Position numbers and translations under genes: made by a program. This document shows positions 25,647-39,000 of a stretch of DNA of 64,000 nt, piece after piece. The stretch covers positions 2,914,001 through 2,978,000 of the forward strand of contig CM007990.1 of assembly GCA_002189035.1 (NCBI GenBank), read 5' to 3'. Source of the DNA: Utricularia gibba. Its lineage: Eukaryota; Plantae; Magnoliophyta. A model generated the notes under the pieces. It was not told the DNA's origin. It was given only the letters and a program-made list of their open reading frames with translations, and did no database searches. Numbering within the stretch: the stretch's first letter is position 1; each line of letters begins with the position of its first letter.

Positions 25647-28600
25647 TGATGAGCCCCAGGAAGATAATGAAGTGTATTTGAAGAATGATGAGGAGTTTGT
25701 TCAAGTGAACAAATTAGAAAGAAAGATGATTCCACCCGGACCAATGACTAGGAGCAAGACAAAGATGGTTGAAGATACACTTAAGGGTCTACTCAATACC
25801 ATTGGAATCAAACATGGGCTTGAAGACATCCCATCAAAAGAGCTCAACTACTTAAAGATGGACTTAACTTAGAGCATTGGGCTTGTTAGACTTTTCTATT
25901 TCATTTAGTTTGGACTATGTAATGTTAGAGCCCAATTCTAGAGTATAGATACTCTAGAGATGTACTAATTCAGGATCTTTGGTCATTTTATGTATCTTGT
26001 GAGGATTCCCCTCTCCTTTGAGTGCTTGAACACTCTTAACTTATCAAGCTTTGAGCTTGTGGCGTTCTAGGATTATCACTTCCAATCAATCTCTCTTTTC
26101 TGAAGTGTGGCTCCTAATTTTCTTTGTTTCGAAGTCTGGTTGCAAGAGATTTATTCTCTTGAGGGTAGACTTGGGTGGGTTCTCTTCTAAGCTTCAAAAT
26201 CACCTCTTTTTCGTGGGTTGCTAATCTCTATAGATTAGAGGGTCACATCATTTTGGTATCAGAGCTTTGGGTTCCTTATCCTTATTATTATCCAGTTCTT
26301 GTTTGAGTTCTTCCATTCCTGCCTATTCAAAAAAAAAAAAAAAAAAAAAAAATCGTTCAAGCCGAGTCCTTATTACTTTTGGCTTTAGTACAAAAAAAAA
26401 AAGGGGGGTTCACAGGAAGTTGATTGAAGAAGAGCTCGAAATTGAGTGTCAATTGAATAGCAAGAACACATTGAATATCATTTTCAAGTGTGCAAGAGGA
26501 TAAGGAGTGTGAAGGTGAACATCCATTACCCATCACTATCATCCATTATTATGTATGTTTAATTGTGACCCACCTCTCTACTTTTCCCATTCCACCAAGC
26601 AACCACTTTATTGTTGTTTTTCTTATCTTCAATTCCCATCCCCTGTCATTCACGTGTCCCCACCTTTCCATTTGACTATTCTCTTTGTTGATTGCCCATT
26701 CCTGTATTTCTATAGTTTAGCAAGCAACACATTTCGTGTGTAGTGCTCTATTCTCTGATTTCATCTGTTCTTACGTTGTTGTCCATCCTTCCTATTTTTC
26801 TATTCCAACAAGCAACCAATTTAATTTAAACACTTCCCTTTGTCTCCATCTTGAGACTATTAATACTGCCACCCTCACCTAACTCCATCATTACACTATA
26901 ATCAATACCAATCTGGAAGTGATTAATTCGTTAGATGCCATGAGAACAAGCATGATGACATTAAAGAGTGCATCAAGGACTTGAAGCTTGAGGATTGAGT
27001 GGTAAATCTTGTGTGTGTTTCTTTGTTCTGTTAGTTTAGTCTCTTTTCTTCCTTGCTGCTCGTTTTCTTTTGTCCTGTATTTAGGATGTCAAATTCCAGA
27101 AGTGAGCATGAAAAGGATGACTCACCGGATGGGAGGTTCACTTTGAAAGCTATGCAACAGGAGTTCACTAGATTGCATCGCATTCTGGAAAACATAAATG
27201 TCAGGCTTGATGAACACGAAAATTCTTTCCAAAATGTTGCAAGAGCACGAAGACAAGATAATTATGCTGCTGGAAGGGGTCGAGGTAGTCAATTGCATCA
27301 ACGCATCAACACTGAACATGACTTAAGTGATCAACGAAGTGCAAGGACTGTTGGAAGAAGAGATCGAACCCTGAATACTGATGAAGAAGATGACTACATT
27401 GAACATAGTGAAAATGATTTTGTGCATGGGGATACAAGAAGATTTCGAGATCAGGGAGGTAGAAGAGACGGAGGAAGAATTGGAAAGGATGTTAACAACA
27501 TCAAGATGAAGATACCTCAATTTCAAGGAAAGAATGATCCAGATGCATATCTCCAATGGGAAACAAGAGTAGAACATGTCTTTGATTGCAACACCTTCTC
27601 TGACGAAAAGAAAATCAGATTGGCCTCCATGGAATTTAGTGACTATGCTATCATTTGGTGGGATCAATTGGTGGCTAAAAGAAGGATTGACTCTGAAGAA
27701 CCAATTCACACTTGGGTTGAGATGAAAAGAGTTATGAGGAGGCGGTTTGTTCCAAACCATTACCAAAGATGATGATGAACCAATGCCCAAATAAACGAGC
27801 AATGGTGATTAGGGGCAATGGCGAAGTTGTTAGTGAAGATGATGATGATCTAGTGGAGACAGAAGCTGATGTGAGTGATGAGGATGAATTGCCTGTTTCT
27901 GGAGAAGTATTAGTCACTCGAAGGACGCTTAACATTGGGGTGAAGGATAATGATGAGCAAAGGGAGAACTTGTTTCAAACCCGATGCTTTGTTAATAGGA
28001 AAGTTTGCAGCCTGATTATTGATGGAGGTAGTTGCACCAATGTTGCTAGCAACATCTTGGTGGAGAAATTGGGACTACCCACCGTGAGGCATCCTAAGCC
28101 TTACAATCTGCAGTGGTTCAATGAAGGAAGTGATGTAAAGGTTACCAAACAAGTGCTTGTGACGTTTTCCATAGGGAGATATGAAGATGAAGTCCTATGT
28201 GATGTTGTTCCTATGCATGCAAGCCATATTCTTCTTGGGAGACCTTGGGAATATGATAGAAGAGCATTTTATGATGGTTTCAAGAACAAATATTCCTTCA
28301 ATTATAATGGACGCTCCATCACACTTGCTCCATTATCTCCAAAGGAGGCACATGAAGATCAAGTCAGAATTCTAAGTGATGCTAGAGGCCTTCATACTGA
28401 TAATGGAAAGCACAAGGTGGTCGTTCGTAAGGGAGAAAAGATGAGTGAAGTGAAAATGAGTGAAAAAAAGATGCGAAAAAGTGGAGAAAAAAGAAGAGAT
28501 GGCAAGGAATTGAGTGGAAAAAAGGATGAAAATGAGCACAAAACAGAGAGTGAAAACATGAGAGTTTTAGAAATTGAGAGAAAGAATGAGAGTCTATTAG

Positions 28601-31600
28601 CAAGGCCAAGTGAGATTAGACACTTACTTCATGCTAGGCAACCATTCATTCTACTCATGTATAAGGATGAAGTTCCTACTTCACCTAACCATGCTTCATC
28701 CATTCCATCTTGTGTTGTGTCTCTCTTACAGGTATATGAAGATGTTTTTCCAGAAGAACTTCAAGGCTTACCTCCCCTTAGAGGGATTGAGCATCAAATT
28801 GACCTTGTCCCTGGAGCACAACTCCCAAACCGACCAGCATACCGAGCCAATCCAGAGGAGACGAAGGAAATACAAAAACAAGTTGAGGAATTGGTGTCTA
28901 AAGGATTTGTGCGTGAGAGCATGAGTCCTTGCTCGGTGCCGGTGTTATTGGTTCCAAAGTCTGATGGAACTTGGCGGATGTGCACTGATTGTCGCGCCAT
29001 CAACAACATCACAATCAAGTATAGACATCCTATCCCTAGACTTGAAGATATGCTTGATGAATTGCATGGTGCTTGTGTTTTTAGTAAGATTGATTTGAGA
29101 AGTGGATATCATCAGATTAGAATGAAGGAAGGTGATGAGTGGAAAACTGCTTTTAAAACTAAGTTTGGTTTGTATGAGTGGGTTGTTATGCCTTTTGGGT
29201 TAACCAATGCTCCTAGCACCTTTATGAGATTGATGAATCACGTTCTTAGGCCTTTTATAGGTAGATTTGTTGTTGTTTATTTTGATGATATTCTGATCTA
29301 TAGTAAAAGTATTGAGGAACATGTAGGGCATTTGAAAGATGTGTTAGATACTCTTAGAAAAGAGAAGTTGTTTGCTAATATCAAAAAGTGTGTCTTTTGC
29401 ACAAATAGTGTCTCTTTTCTTGGATATGTTGTAAGTAATGCAGGAGTAGCTGTGTATGAAGAGAAAGTAAGAGCAATCAAAGAATGGCCAACACCTACAT
29501 CAGTGGGTGAAGTTAGGAGTTTTCATGGTTTAGCAAGTTTCTATAGACGGTTTGTTAGGGACTTCAGTTCTATAGCAGCACCACTCACCCAGTTGATCAA
29601 GAAAAATCATGCATTTCATTGAGGAGATGAGCAGGAACATGCTTTCAAACAACTCAAGAATAAGCTTTGCTCAACACCTCTCCTAGCACTTCCAAATTTT
29701 TCTGATACTTTTGAAATTGAATGTGATGCATCAGGTTTAGGGATTGGTGGTGTGTTGATGCAAAAGGGACGTCCACTTGCTTATTTTAGTGAGAAGCTTC
29801 ATGGTGCCACCCTCAACTATTCAACATATGACAAAGAGTTGTATGCGTTGGTTAGAGCTTTGGAGACATGGCAGCACTACTTATGGCCTAAGGAGTTCGT
29901 GATACACACTGATCATGAGTCTCTCAAACATTTGAAGGCTCAAGTAAAGCTGAATAGAAGACATGCTAAGTGGGTGGAATTCATTGACACATTCCCATAT
30001 GTGATCAAATACAAGAAAGGTAAGGAGAATGTGGTTGCTGATGCTTTATCTCGAAGGTACACTCTTTTAGCCAATCTTGATGCAAGAATTCTTGGATTTG
30101 CTTCCATCATTGACTTATATGTTCATGATCACGATTTTGGGGATATTTATAAGGCATGTGAACTTGCTACATCTGGACTATTCTTCAGGAAAGATGGTTT
30201 TGTTTATAGGAAAGATAGGCTGTGCATTCCTTCTTGCTCCATACGTGATTTGATTGTTAGAGAAGCTCATGGTGGGGGACTAATGGGACATTTTGGTGTT
30301 AAAAAGACTCTTGATACTCTCACCCAACATTTCTTTTGGCCACACATGAGAAGGGATGTTGAAAGAATTTGTTCTAGATGTATCTCTTGTAGGAAGGCTA
30401 AATCAACCACTGCCCCTAATGGTTTGTATACTCCACTCCCTACTCCTTCCCAACCATGGGTGGACATTTCTATGGACTTTGTTTTAGGCTTACCTCGTAC
30501 CCAAAGGGGTAGAGATTCAATTTTCGTTGTTGTGGACAGGTTTTCAAAGATGGCACACTTTATTCCCTGCCATAAAACTGATGATGCATCTCATGTGGCT
30601 GATCTCTTCTTTAGGGAAGTTGTTAGACTTCATGGTATGCCCCTAACTATTGTCTCTGATCGAGATGTAAGGTTTCTTAGTCACTTTTGGAGAGTTCTTT
30701 GGAGTAAACTTGGCACTAAGCTGTTATACTCAACAACATGTCACCCTCAAACCGATGGGCAAACTAAGGTAACTAATCGCACACTTTCTACCTTACTTAG
30801 GATTATGATTAAATCAAATCTTAAGACTTGGGAGGAATGTTTGCCACTTGTTGAGTTTGCTTACAATAGAACCATGCATCTGACTACTAAATTATCTCCA
30901 TTTGAAGTCGTTTATGGTTTTAATCCTCTTACACCTTTGGATATGTTACCTTTGCCTTGTGATGAGAAAGTTAGTTTAGATGGCAAGAAGAGAGCTGATG
31001 CAATCAGAAGATTGCATGAAAAGGTGAAACAACAGATTGAATGCAACAATGCAAAGTATGCATCAGCAGCAAACAAGGGGAGACGCAAAGTTGTATTTGA
31101 ACCTGGAGATTGGGTTTGGCTTCATCTTAGGAAGGAGAGATTTCCCACAAAGAGAAAGTCCAAACTTCTACTTCGTGGAGATGGCCCTTTCCAAGTTGTT
31201 GAGCGCGTTAATGATAATGCGTACAAGCTAGATTTACCAGGTGAGTATTCTGTTCATCCAACTTTCAATGTTGCTGATTTGTCTCTTTTCGACATGGATA
31301 CAGATTCAGGGACGAATCTTCCTAAAGAAAGGGGGGATGATGAGCCCCAGGAAGATAATGAAGTGTATTTGAAGAATGATGAGGAGTTTGTTCAAGTGAA
31401 CAAATTAGAAAGAAAGATGATTCCACCAGGACCAATGACTAGGAGCAAGACAAAGATGGTTGAAGATACACTTAAGGGTTTACTCAATACCATTGGAATC
31501 AAACATGGGCTTGAAGACATCCCATCAAAAGAGCTCAACTACTTGAAGATGGACTTAACTTAGAGCATTGGGCTTGTTAGACTTTTCTATTTCATTTAGT

Positions 31601-31941
31601 TTGGACTATGTAATGTTAGAGCCCAATTCTAGAGTATAAATACTCTAGAGATGTACTAATTCAGGATCTTTGGTCATTTTATGTATCTTGTGAGGATTCC
31701 CCTCTCCTTTGAGTGCTTGAACACTCTTAACTTATCAAGCTTTGAGCTTGTGGCGTTCTAGGATTATCACTTCCAATCAATCTCTCTTTTCTGAAGTGTG
31801 GCTCCTAATTTTCTTTGTTTCGAAGTCTGGTTGCAAGAGATTTATTCTCTTGAGGGTAGACTTGGGTGAGTTCTCTTCTAAGCTTCAAAATCACCTCTTT
31901 TTCGTGGGTTGCTAATCTCTATAGATTAGAGGGTCACATCA
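25647..31941 (+). mobile_element. Near-full-length young CRM-clade centromeric retrotransposon
   Basis: 604-bp LTRs at 25647-26250 and 31338-31941 (5 substitutions by eye); TSD TGTCT; PBS TGGTATCAGAGC at 26254; PPT before 31338; gag-PR-RT-RH-INT order; integrase ORF runs into the 3' LTR with a GPMTRSKTK (CR-motif-like) tail. Confidence 0.97.
27086..31563 (+). pseudogene. CRM gag-pol polyprotein, disrupted
   Basis: ORF pieces 27086-27772, 27769-29622, 29623-31563. Deletion/frameshift near 27770 removes most of the zinc knuckle; TGA at 29620-29622. PR LIIDGGSCTN, RT YFDD, integrase core and GPY/F motif RGDGPF. Confidence 0.92.
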
Positions 31942-32429
31942 TGTCTACCTTCAAGAGAATGAATTTCTTGCAACCAAACTATGAAAGAAAGGGGAAATTA
32001 GGAGCCACCCTTCAAAATAAGAAGGAATTGGAAGTGATAATCCTTGGACACCACAAGCTCAAAAGATTGATAAATCAAGAGTGGTCAAGCACTCAAATAA
32101 AAGGAAATTCCTCACAAGATTTATGAAATAAGCTAAAGCTCTTTCAAAGAGTACACTTCTATAGTAAATGGGCTCTAGCATTACAAAGTTTAAACTAAAT
32201 AAAAAGAAAGGCTACCTAGTCTAGTAGCACACATCAATGATGTTGATATGTTTTGGGATTTTAAGTCGAATGATCTTGTTATCGAAAGTATCCCCTTGTG
32301 CCACACCTTCAACATTTTTCAAATGTCCATCATCATCTTGCTGGAGTTCATCAACTTCCAATGAATCTCTTATGTCCAAATTGTTCCTTCAACATCGAGG
32401 AATCTAACAAACACTTCCAAAACTTTGAG

Positions 32430-33210
32430 GAAACTAAGAGGGCTTAGTCTTTTCCATGATTTTAGCACTCTGGTGGCACCATTGAACACAGTAATAAAGA
32501 AGAATGTTCAATTTTTTTTTAGGGAGAAGTACAAAAGCTCGCATTAAAACAACATAAGAATAAGCGTAGCTTAGCTCCTTTACTTGTGTTACCTCATTTT
32601 TCAAAAAAAATTAAATTAAATGTGATGCTTTTGAAGTAGGAATAAACGTTGTTCTCATACAAGGAGGGCAATACATTGGGTATTTCAGTGAAAAGCTATG
32701 TAGAGCCACTCTCACTAGTGAGAACCTTAGAGACTTGAAAACATTATCTATTGTATAAAGAGTTTGTCATCTATATTGATCGTGAGAGTTTGATGCATTT
32801 AAAGACTTTAAGAAACCCAATAGACGGTTCACAAGATAGGTAGAATTCATTCATACGTTTCAATATGTCATCAAATATAACAAAGGTTTATCAAAAATGC
32901 AAAAGGTAAGGTATTCTTTGCCAAAAGACTGATGGTGCCAACCTTGTTGTTAACTTATTCTTTAGGAAAATTGTTAGGCTTTATGGTATGCCACTTATCA
33001 ATATAAGTGATCAAAATACCAATTTTCTCATCCACTTCTAATGCAAACCTTAGAATAAGTTGCGAGTGAACCTTCTTTTCTATACCACATATCACCCACA
33101 AACTATTAGACAGAATGAGGTAACAAATTGATGCCCTGGCATCATAAAAAAGAATATCAAAGCATGTGAAGATTGCTTGTCTCATGTTGAGTGTGCAGAC
33201 AATTGAATCC
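32430..33210 (+). mobile_element. Highly degenerate CRM-like RT/RNase H/integrase remnant
   Basis: DFSTLVAPLNTVIKKNVQF and later fragments resemble the 29570-30900 protein. Confidence 0.6.
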
Positions 33211-33249
33211 AACTAAAGGTCAAAAACAAATAGTATATAGTTAAGGTCC

Positions 33250-36200
33250 ACCTAGTAGAAAGTTACAAAATCAAGAGATTGGACTGAAAAACAAGTTTAT
33301 GGGGCCTGACAGATTTCAAAGGTTTTAAAAGACAAACTCATAACGTCCCACTCCCATCTCCAAACCAATAAATTCTTTTTGAAACATAAATAAAGGATAA
33401 ATAGATCTCACATTAAGCATATCATACCTCATGAATCATAGCCAATCAGCATATATGTCATGAAACACAAAGAAGCACATATTTACATGTGTACAGCACA
33501 TAAATTTAGAACCCATCATCTCACTTACCTTTGTCCAAATCGGCTCCTTCCTAAGTCAAACCCTTCGTAAATGTCTACCCTATAAGCTTGAGAAATCTCA
33601 TGTTTTGAAACTGCTACACAGCTCTCAGCAAAGCAAACTTCACAACAGTGCAAACTGTTTTTATGATATCCCTATAAGCATATCCCCCACGTTTTCCTCC
33701 TTTCAAAATGCTTTTCCTTTCATCTATGCTCCTTTTATAATATTAGTCATGTTTATTTGTAATTCCTGTAATCGTGATACACGTAACCACAATCAAAACA
33801 CATGGCATTTTCTTAATCTACATGAAACACATGTCAACACCATATTAAAACATGTGGCGCTCTCTTATTGGTCATGTTGCATGTTTTATCTATGTTGTCG
33901 CGAGCTAATTCAAACATGGTGCTTTCTGATTGATCATGGTTGCACATATGATCTTTTTCTATTCTACCTTTTCTTTTCCTCTTAATCTAATTCTAGTTTT
34001 GAAATATCACATAGTCTTTGCTCCCAGAAGGGCTTGTAAAGATTGTCTTTCAGGTACCTTCCTAGATGACTTCTCATGACATTAGGAGCATTCTAGCAAC
34101 CCCTCTCTTCAATGTACTCTTGGTGTGCAAAGGACAATGCCCCCTTAGAGGTGTTGTGCTCTTCAATTCCTCCTGGTGTTCTTGGAGTCGGCATGCAGAT
34201 TCTTTTTCATGAGCACAAGGGGTCAAAGATGCTGAGGTGCTTTAGACTACTCCATACCTAGGCAATTAGGCTCCCTATCCCCCATTGCTATTACTCTAGC
34301 TACTTCAAGATGGCTAGTATCATCGCAAGCATTTCTTAGTGAGGTAAGGGAAAGCTTCAACTAATGCTTTACCCAACTAGAAGAACAGGGTGACATTGAT
34401 TTTGGGAAATCCTCATTTGTTGCCTCTTCTGCAATGGGTACTTGAGCTTGCTCCTCTTATTGATCTTGTAATTGTTGCTCCGACTTGAAGTTTTGTGTTG
34501 AATGATGATCTCACTCTAGAGTGTCTTCCTCATATCTTGCACCCATCAGAGTCATACTTTAGAGTTTTCTAGAAAGAAACCATTGAAAAATATTGATCTC
34601 CATCCTATCATGTTAACCCATATACAACGTAAAATATTAAAAAGTTTAAAAATTAAAAAGTTTTACCCTATGATGTTTCGATTCCCACAATATTAAGAGC
34701 TCATAAAGATTTATAGAAAGTGATAAAAGGGAAAAAAAATGAGTGACCTATAGACTAAGAAAGATTTTACTCCAAGAATATTATTGAAAAAGAACAACGA
34801 CTCATCATAATATCAAGAACACCATGTTGGTGTATGTGTTCTACACTCAATCAACTCATTGACAAATTTTATCTTTTGATGCTTACCTTGAATTGTGATC
34901 AAGTTTATATCATTGATAAAATTCTCTACTTGATCTATGTTGTATAAAAATTATGATAAGATCATAATGTGAGATTCTTCAAGCATTTATGTTCAAGTTA
35001 AAAATTCTCTAGCTAGAGTGTTTGTGAAATGAGGATATCACAAATTATTTAGGCAATAGTCCTCACAATTGATGTAATGAGATTACTAGAACCTATGTGT
35101 GGGTGTCGATTAGAGAATGGATTCACTGGATGACTCATCTTCGAGATGCTACTATTGGAAGCTAACCAAGTGTCAGTAGCAAGATCTCGAATATGACAGC
35201 CGTGCAAGTAAGCTTAGACTTGAGGTCAACAAAGTTATCTTGATCTTAAGCTCACATTTTCGCTCATTACTAATGGAAGCCCAACCATGACTTCCCTAGT
35301 ATAGATGAGTAGGGATGTGACCCTTAAGATTGGAGATAGTTAATTGATCAATAAAAGATTCATTACTCATGTTAGCTATGAGATGATATCTCAAGTAATT
35401 GCATCAAAGCCTGATAGTAAGTCCTTGGCCTAGGGTAATGACACTCGAATTCTTTGAGTAGGTCGTTGAGTGTTAGTGTTTAAAGGCGATTATAAGTTCG
35501 ATACAACAGAAAGACACACACTCTTGTTCTGGTATGCAATAAGATGTAAGTATGATGAAAGCTGTTCATTGCATGATGGTTGGTCATGGAAAGGCTAAAT
35601 CAGTTTACTTGATTATTTTTACATCTTGAGGGTCATGATATGTTGCAAGATATCACTAATGATCGATAATGATGGATTTGATTAATTAAGAGTTAATTAA
35701 TAAATCCATAATTACGTCCTTGATTGAAGAAGTCTATAGGATCACACACAATAGTGGAGTCACTCATCGATATAAAATAGAATGACACAATTACATGGAA
35801 TGTAATTAGTAAAGTGGATAAATTAAATGGAGAGTTATTTTGAGATTAATATTGAGTAAACTCAAAATAAAAGATCTTATATAGATATGATTTGGAACAT
35901 ATACATGTCTCCATAAGATAAGATCTTTATGGAGATATGATTTGATATGTCACAAAAATATCTATCAAAAAGATTTAGATCTTGAGATCTGCTCCAAGGT
36001 CTTCATGCTCTTTTAGACTGATCCACAAGGAGGCATTTTTCTCTACTAGCACCTGAGAAATTCGACCAGCATTCAAGAGCCTTGAGAAGGTTATCGACGG
36101 AGTGCTCCACGTGTGGATACCATAGAGGCCGTCTACTATTGGCGGTTGATGAACAACGGAGTCATCTGAAAGGTATTTTGAACATCACTTCATTTGATGT

Positions 36201-37800
36201 ATACCGTATTCCAAGATCTGCGATTGGAGTTTCTTAAAAATTTTTAAATTCTGCTGCTTTTATGACATACGATGTCTCCGAGAAACCCAACACACTAGCC
36301 ATGAAGTCTTTCTTTTCTTTGAGGTTTTTCCTCCCGTCAAGAAACTCTATGTGAAGGTCTAAATTCATACCTTCATGAACTTAGGCATTGATGTCATCTT
36401 CCCAAGGAAGAAACATCAGGCCTTATTATCCTATTAACTCAAATTCATAAGCAAATTAGATATATATCAGTGAATATTGGATTTTCTTTTCTTCAAAACA
36501 TCATGTATGATCAAGATAAAAGAAAAAGTAAGCCATTCACATAACCATAGCAAAGCATAGTATGGACGTCATGTTTAGTTCTTCGTACACAACTCTCTAC
36601 ATAGCCACAAGGTTTAAAGGATACACAAACACAAAGTAGAATTACAAGTAGTAGTATAGAAGCAAGCTCCAACCCTTAAGACCAATCTAGGACCATAAAC
36701 ATGAAGCACCAAAATGGCCAGCAGAAGGAGCCCTTCCCTTATGACATGGATCACAACACCTAGTCCTTCCTTTCTTGTTCATTTCTTGGAATGATTAGCA
36801 ATCAAGGCATTGAATGCAACACCTAAGGTCAAGAAGGAAATGGAAATCAAACATGTAACCATTCAAAATATAAGCTCACTAGGAGACATGAATAACAAAC
36901 TATAACATTTAGCATAATATAAATCCCTTAGCTATGTGACCATTTACATACATGGTTGCACACCCTCAACCTCATCAATTTCAGTCACCCCCTTTACCAA
37001 CTCCACTTGGTTGCAGTGTCTCTGTACCCTTCTCTTCAATTTCTCAACTTCATACCATCTAATGCCTATAACTCAATGAGCAGTTACCTCAAGCATGCTT
37101 GATGTAAAGGAGAGTATGTTCACAACTCTTCAATAAATCTTCTACTTCAAAGACCACACTACAACTCATCCTCATGACACATTACAATAAACATGTAAAC
37201 AAGATTATATTTCATAGACTTTTCCTTATTCAATATTATCAAATATAAATTATTTGAAACCTACGGAGCATAACTTTCTTTAGTAAAAAAAATCACCAAA
37301 TTCAAACACTCGGCAGAAAGTTAAAAAATTTAGAAGTTGAACTTGAAAACTAGTTGGGGCTCAATAGATTAGAGAGGTCTTAGAAGAAAACTTATAACTT
37401 CATGCTCTCATCTACAAACCAAGAAATTCTTTTTGAAATATAAACAACACTCAAAAAGGTGAAAAATCACCATATCTTAAGAATCATAGCCAATGCTACA
37501 TAAAAAGCATGAAACACATCGACACTCACATAAGCATTGACTCGCACATAAAACATAGAGCACAAATTCAGAACCCATCATTCCACTTACCCTTCTTCAA
37601 ATCGACTCTCTAAAAAAAAAAATCCTTCGATTATATCTCTACTATGAGCTCGAGAAATTTTGTGATTTTAACATAGCTCCATAGCTCTTTTAGATTAAAC
37701 TCCAGAACCATGTAAACTCTTCCTATAGTTACACTATCAGCAGATTCCCTTCGTTTCCCTCAGGTTTTTCCTCCTTCCGAATGCTTTCTCTTCACATATG
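33250..37800 (-). repeat. Diverged repeat pair (33250-33720 and 37300-37800), probably old gypsy LTR remnants
   Basis: Shared blocks such as AAATTCTTTTTGAAA, GAATCATAGCCAAT..CATGAAACAC and AAATT.AGAACCCATCAT..CACTTACC. Confidence 0.45.
34825..36292 (+). mobile_element. Angela-family solo LTR
   Basis: TGTTGGTGTATGTG...GAGAAACCCAACA; flanks CACCA / CACTA (one-mismatch TSD). Confidence 0.9.
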
Positions 37801-38487
37801 TTCTCTCTTTAACCTTAATAAAGCTTATCAAAAAGTCCTATAAGTGAAATATATGTTTTCACCTTGTTAAAACACATGTTATTTTCCAATTGACCATTAT
37901 TGCATACTTGGTATTTCTTTATTCTATCTTTGTTTTTCCTCTTTGCTTTTCCCTTTGCCATTATTTCAATCATAGTTCTAAAAATAAGGCATTCTATTTG
38001 CCCAAACAACCAAAAGTCTCTTTCTTGTGTTCTCTTCTTGCATAAAGTTATGGCAAAAAGGGATATCAAGAAGAATTAACTTTCTTCTTTTTTTCCATAT
38101 TTTCACTCACATTATCTTTTACCAATAGCGACCTACTCCTTCATTTCAGGTGTATTCCCTCATACACTTATCAGGCAGCACAGAGAGTGACACCCTATAC
38201 TAGCATGGCTTATCAAGTTCACAAATGACAATGAACACTCATTTTTTGTATTTCAGAAGAGGTGTTCCCAACTAATGCATCACCCTAATCGTATGATTGA
38301 CAACTAAAAATTGAAGGAAGATGAGAAAATATTTAAATGTCATTCATTGTTGCACGTGACATTTTGATGATGTTTCATGTAAGAGCTATATATAAGTTTC
38401 TAACAAGGAAATCTTAGAAGTTGAATAGTTCAATATGGCGATCATCAAAGAAGATCTTGACAATAGGCAAGCTTTGAAGCTTGTTAG

Positions 38488-39000
38488 TGTTGGGTTTCTC
38501 GTAGACATCGTATGTCATAATAGCAGCAGAATTCAAAATTTTTGAAAAACCCCAAACACAGATCTTAGAATACGGTATATGTCAGATAAAGGGATGCTGA
38601 AAATACCTTTCAAAGCACTCTGTTGTTCACCAACCGCCAATAGCAAATGGCCTCTATGGTATCCACACATGAAGTACTTCATCGATAACCTTCTCAAGGC
38701 TGTAGAATGATGGTCGATCTCCTCAAGTGCTAGTAGAGAAAATCGTCCCCCTTGTGAATCAATCTTAGAGAATACGAAGATGATGGAAGATCTGCAGATC
38801 AAAATCTTTTTGATAGATATTTGGTAACATATCAAATCAAATCTCCGTAAAGATCTTATCTTGTAGAGATATATTTGTGTTCCAAATCTTGTCTATACAA
38901 GATCTTTTATTTTGAGTTTAATCAATATTAATCTCAAAATAACTCTCTATCTAATTTATCCAATTACATCTCATGTAATTGTGTCATTCTATTTTATATC
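38488..39000 (-). mobile_element. Truncated Angela-family LTR (3' ~510 bp)
   Basis: Starts TGTTGGGTTTCTCG, the reverse complement of the LTR end; homology stops at ~39000. Confidence 0.85.

Larger units (their letters stand above)
25563..32353 (-). mobile_element. Older CRM-family solo LTR split by the young CRM insertion
   Basis: Pieces 25563-25646 and 31947-32353 are the reverse complement of a diverged CRM LTR (TGATGAAC...GGGTCACATCA); TSD ACTTC at 25558-25562 and 32354-32358. Confidence 0.85.

Noticed and set aside
26329-26402. Poly(A) tracts as LINE/SINE or retrogene tails
   Set aside because: The same tracts occur at equivalent positions in the older CRM copy (~52280-52350), so they are part of the element's leader.
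31338-31563. Chromodomain at the integrase C-terminus
   Set aside because: No chromodomain aromatic-cage pattern is visible; the tail is a CR-motif type extending into the LTR.
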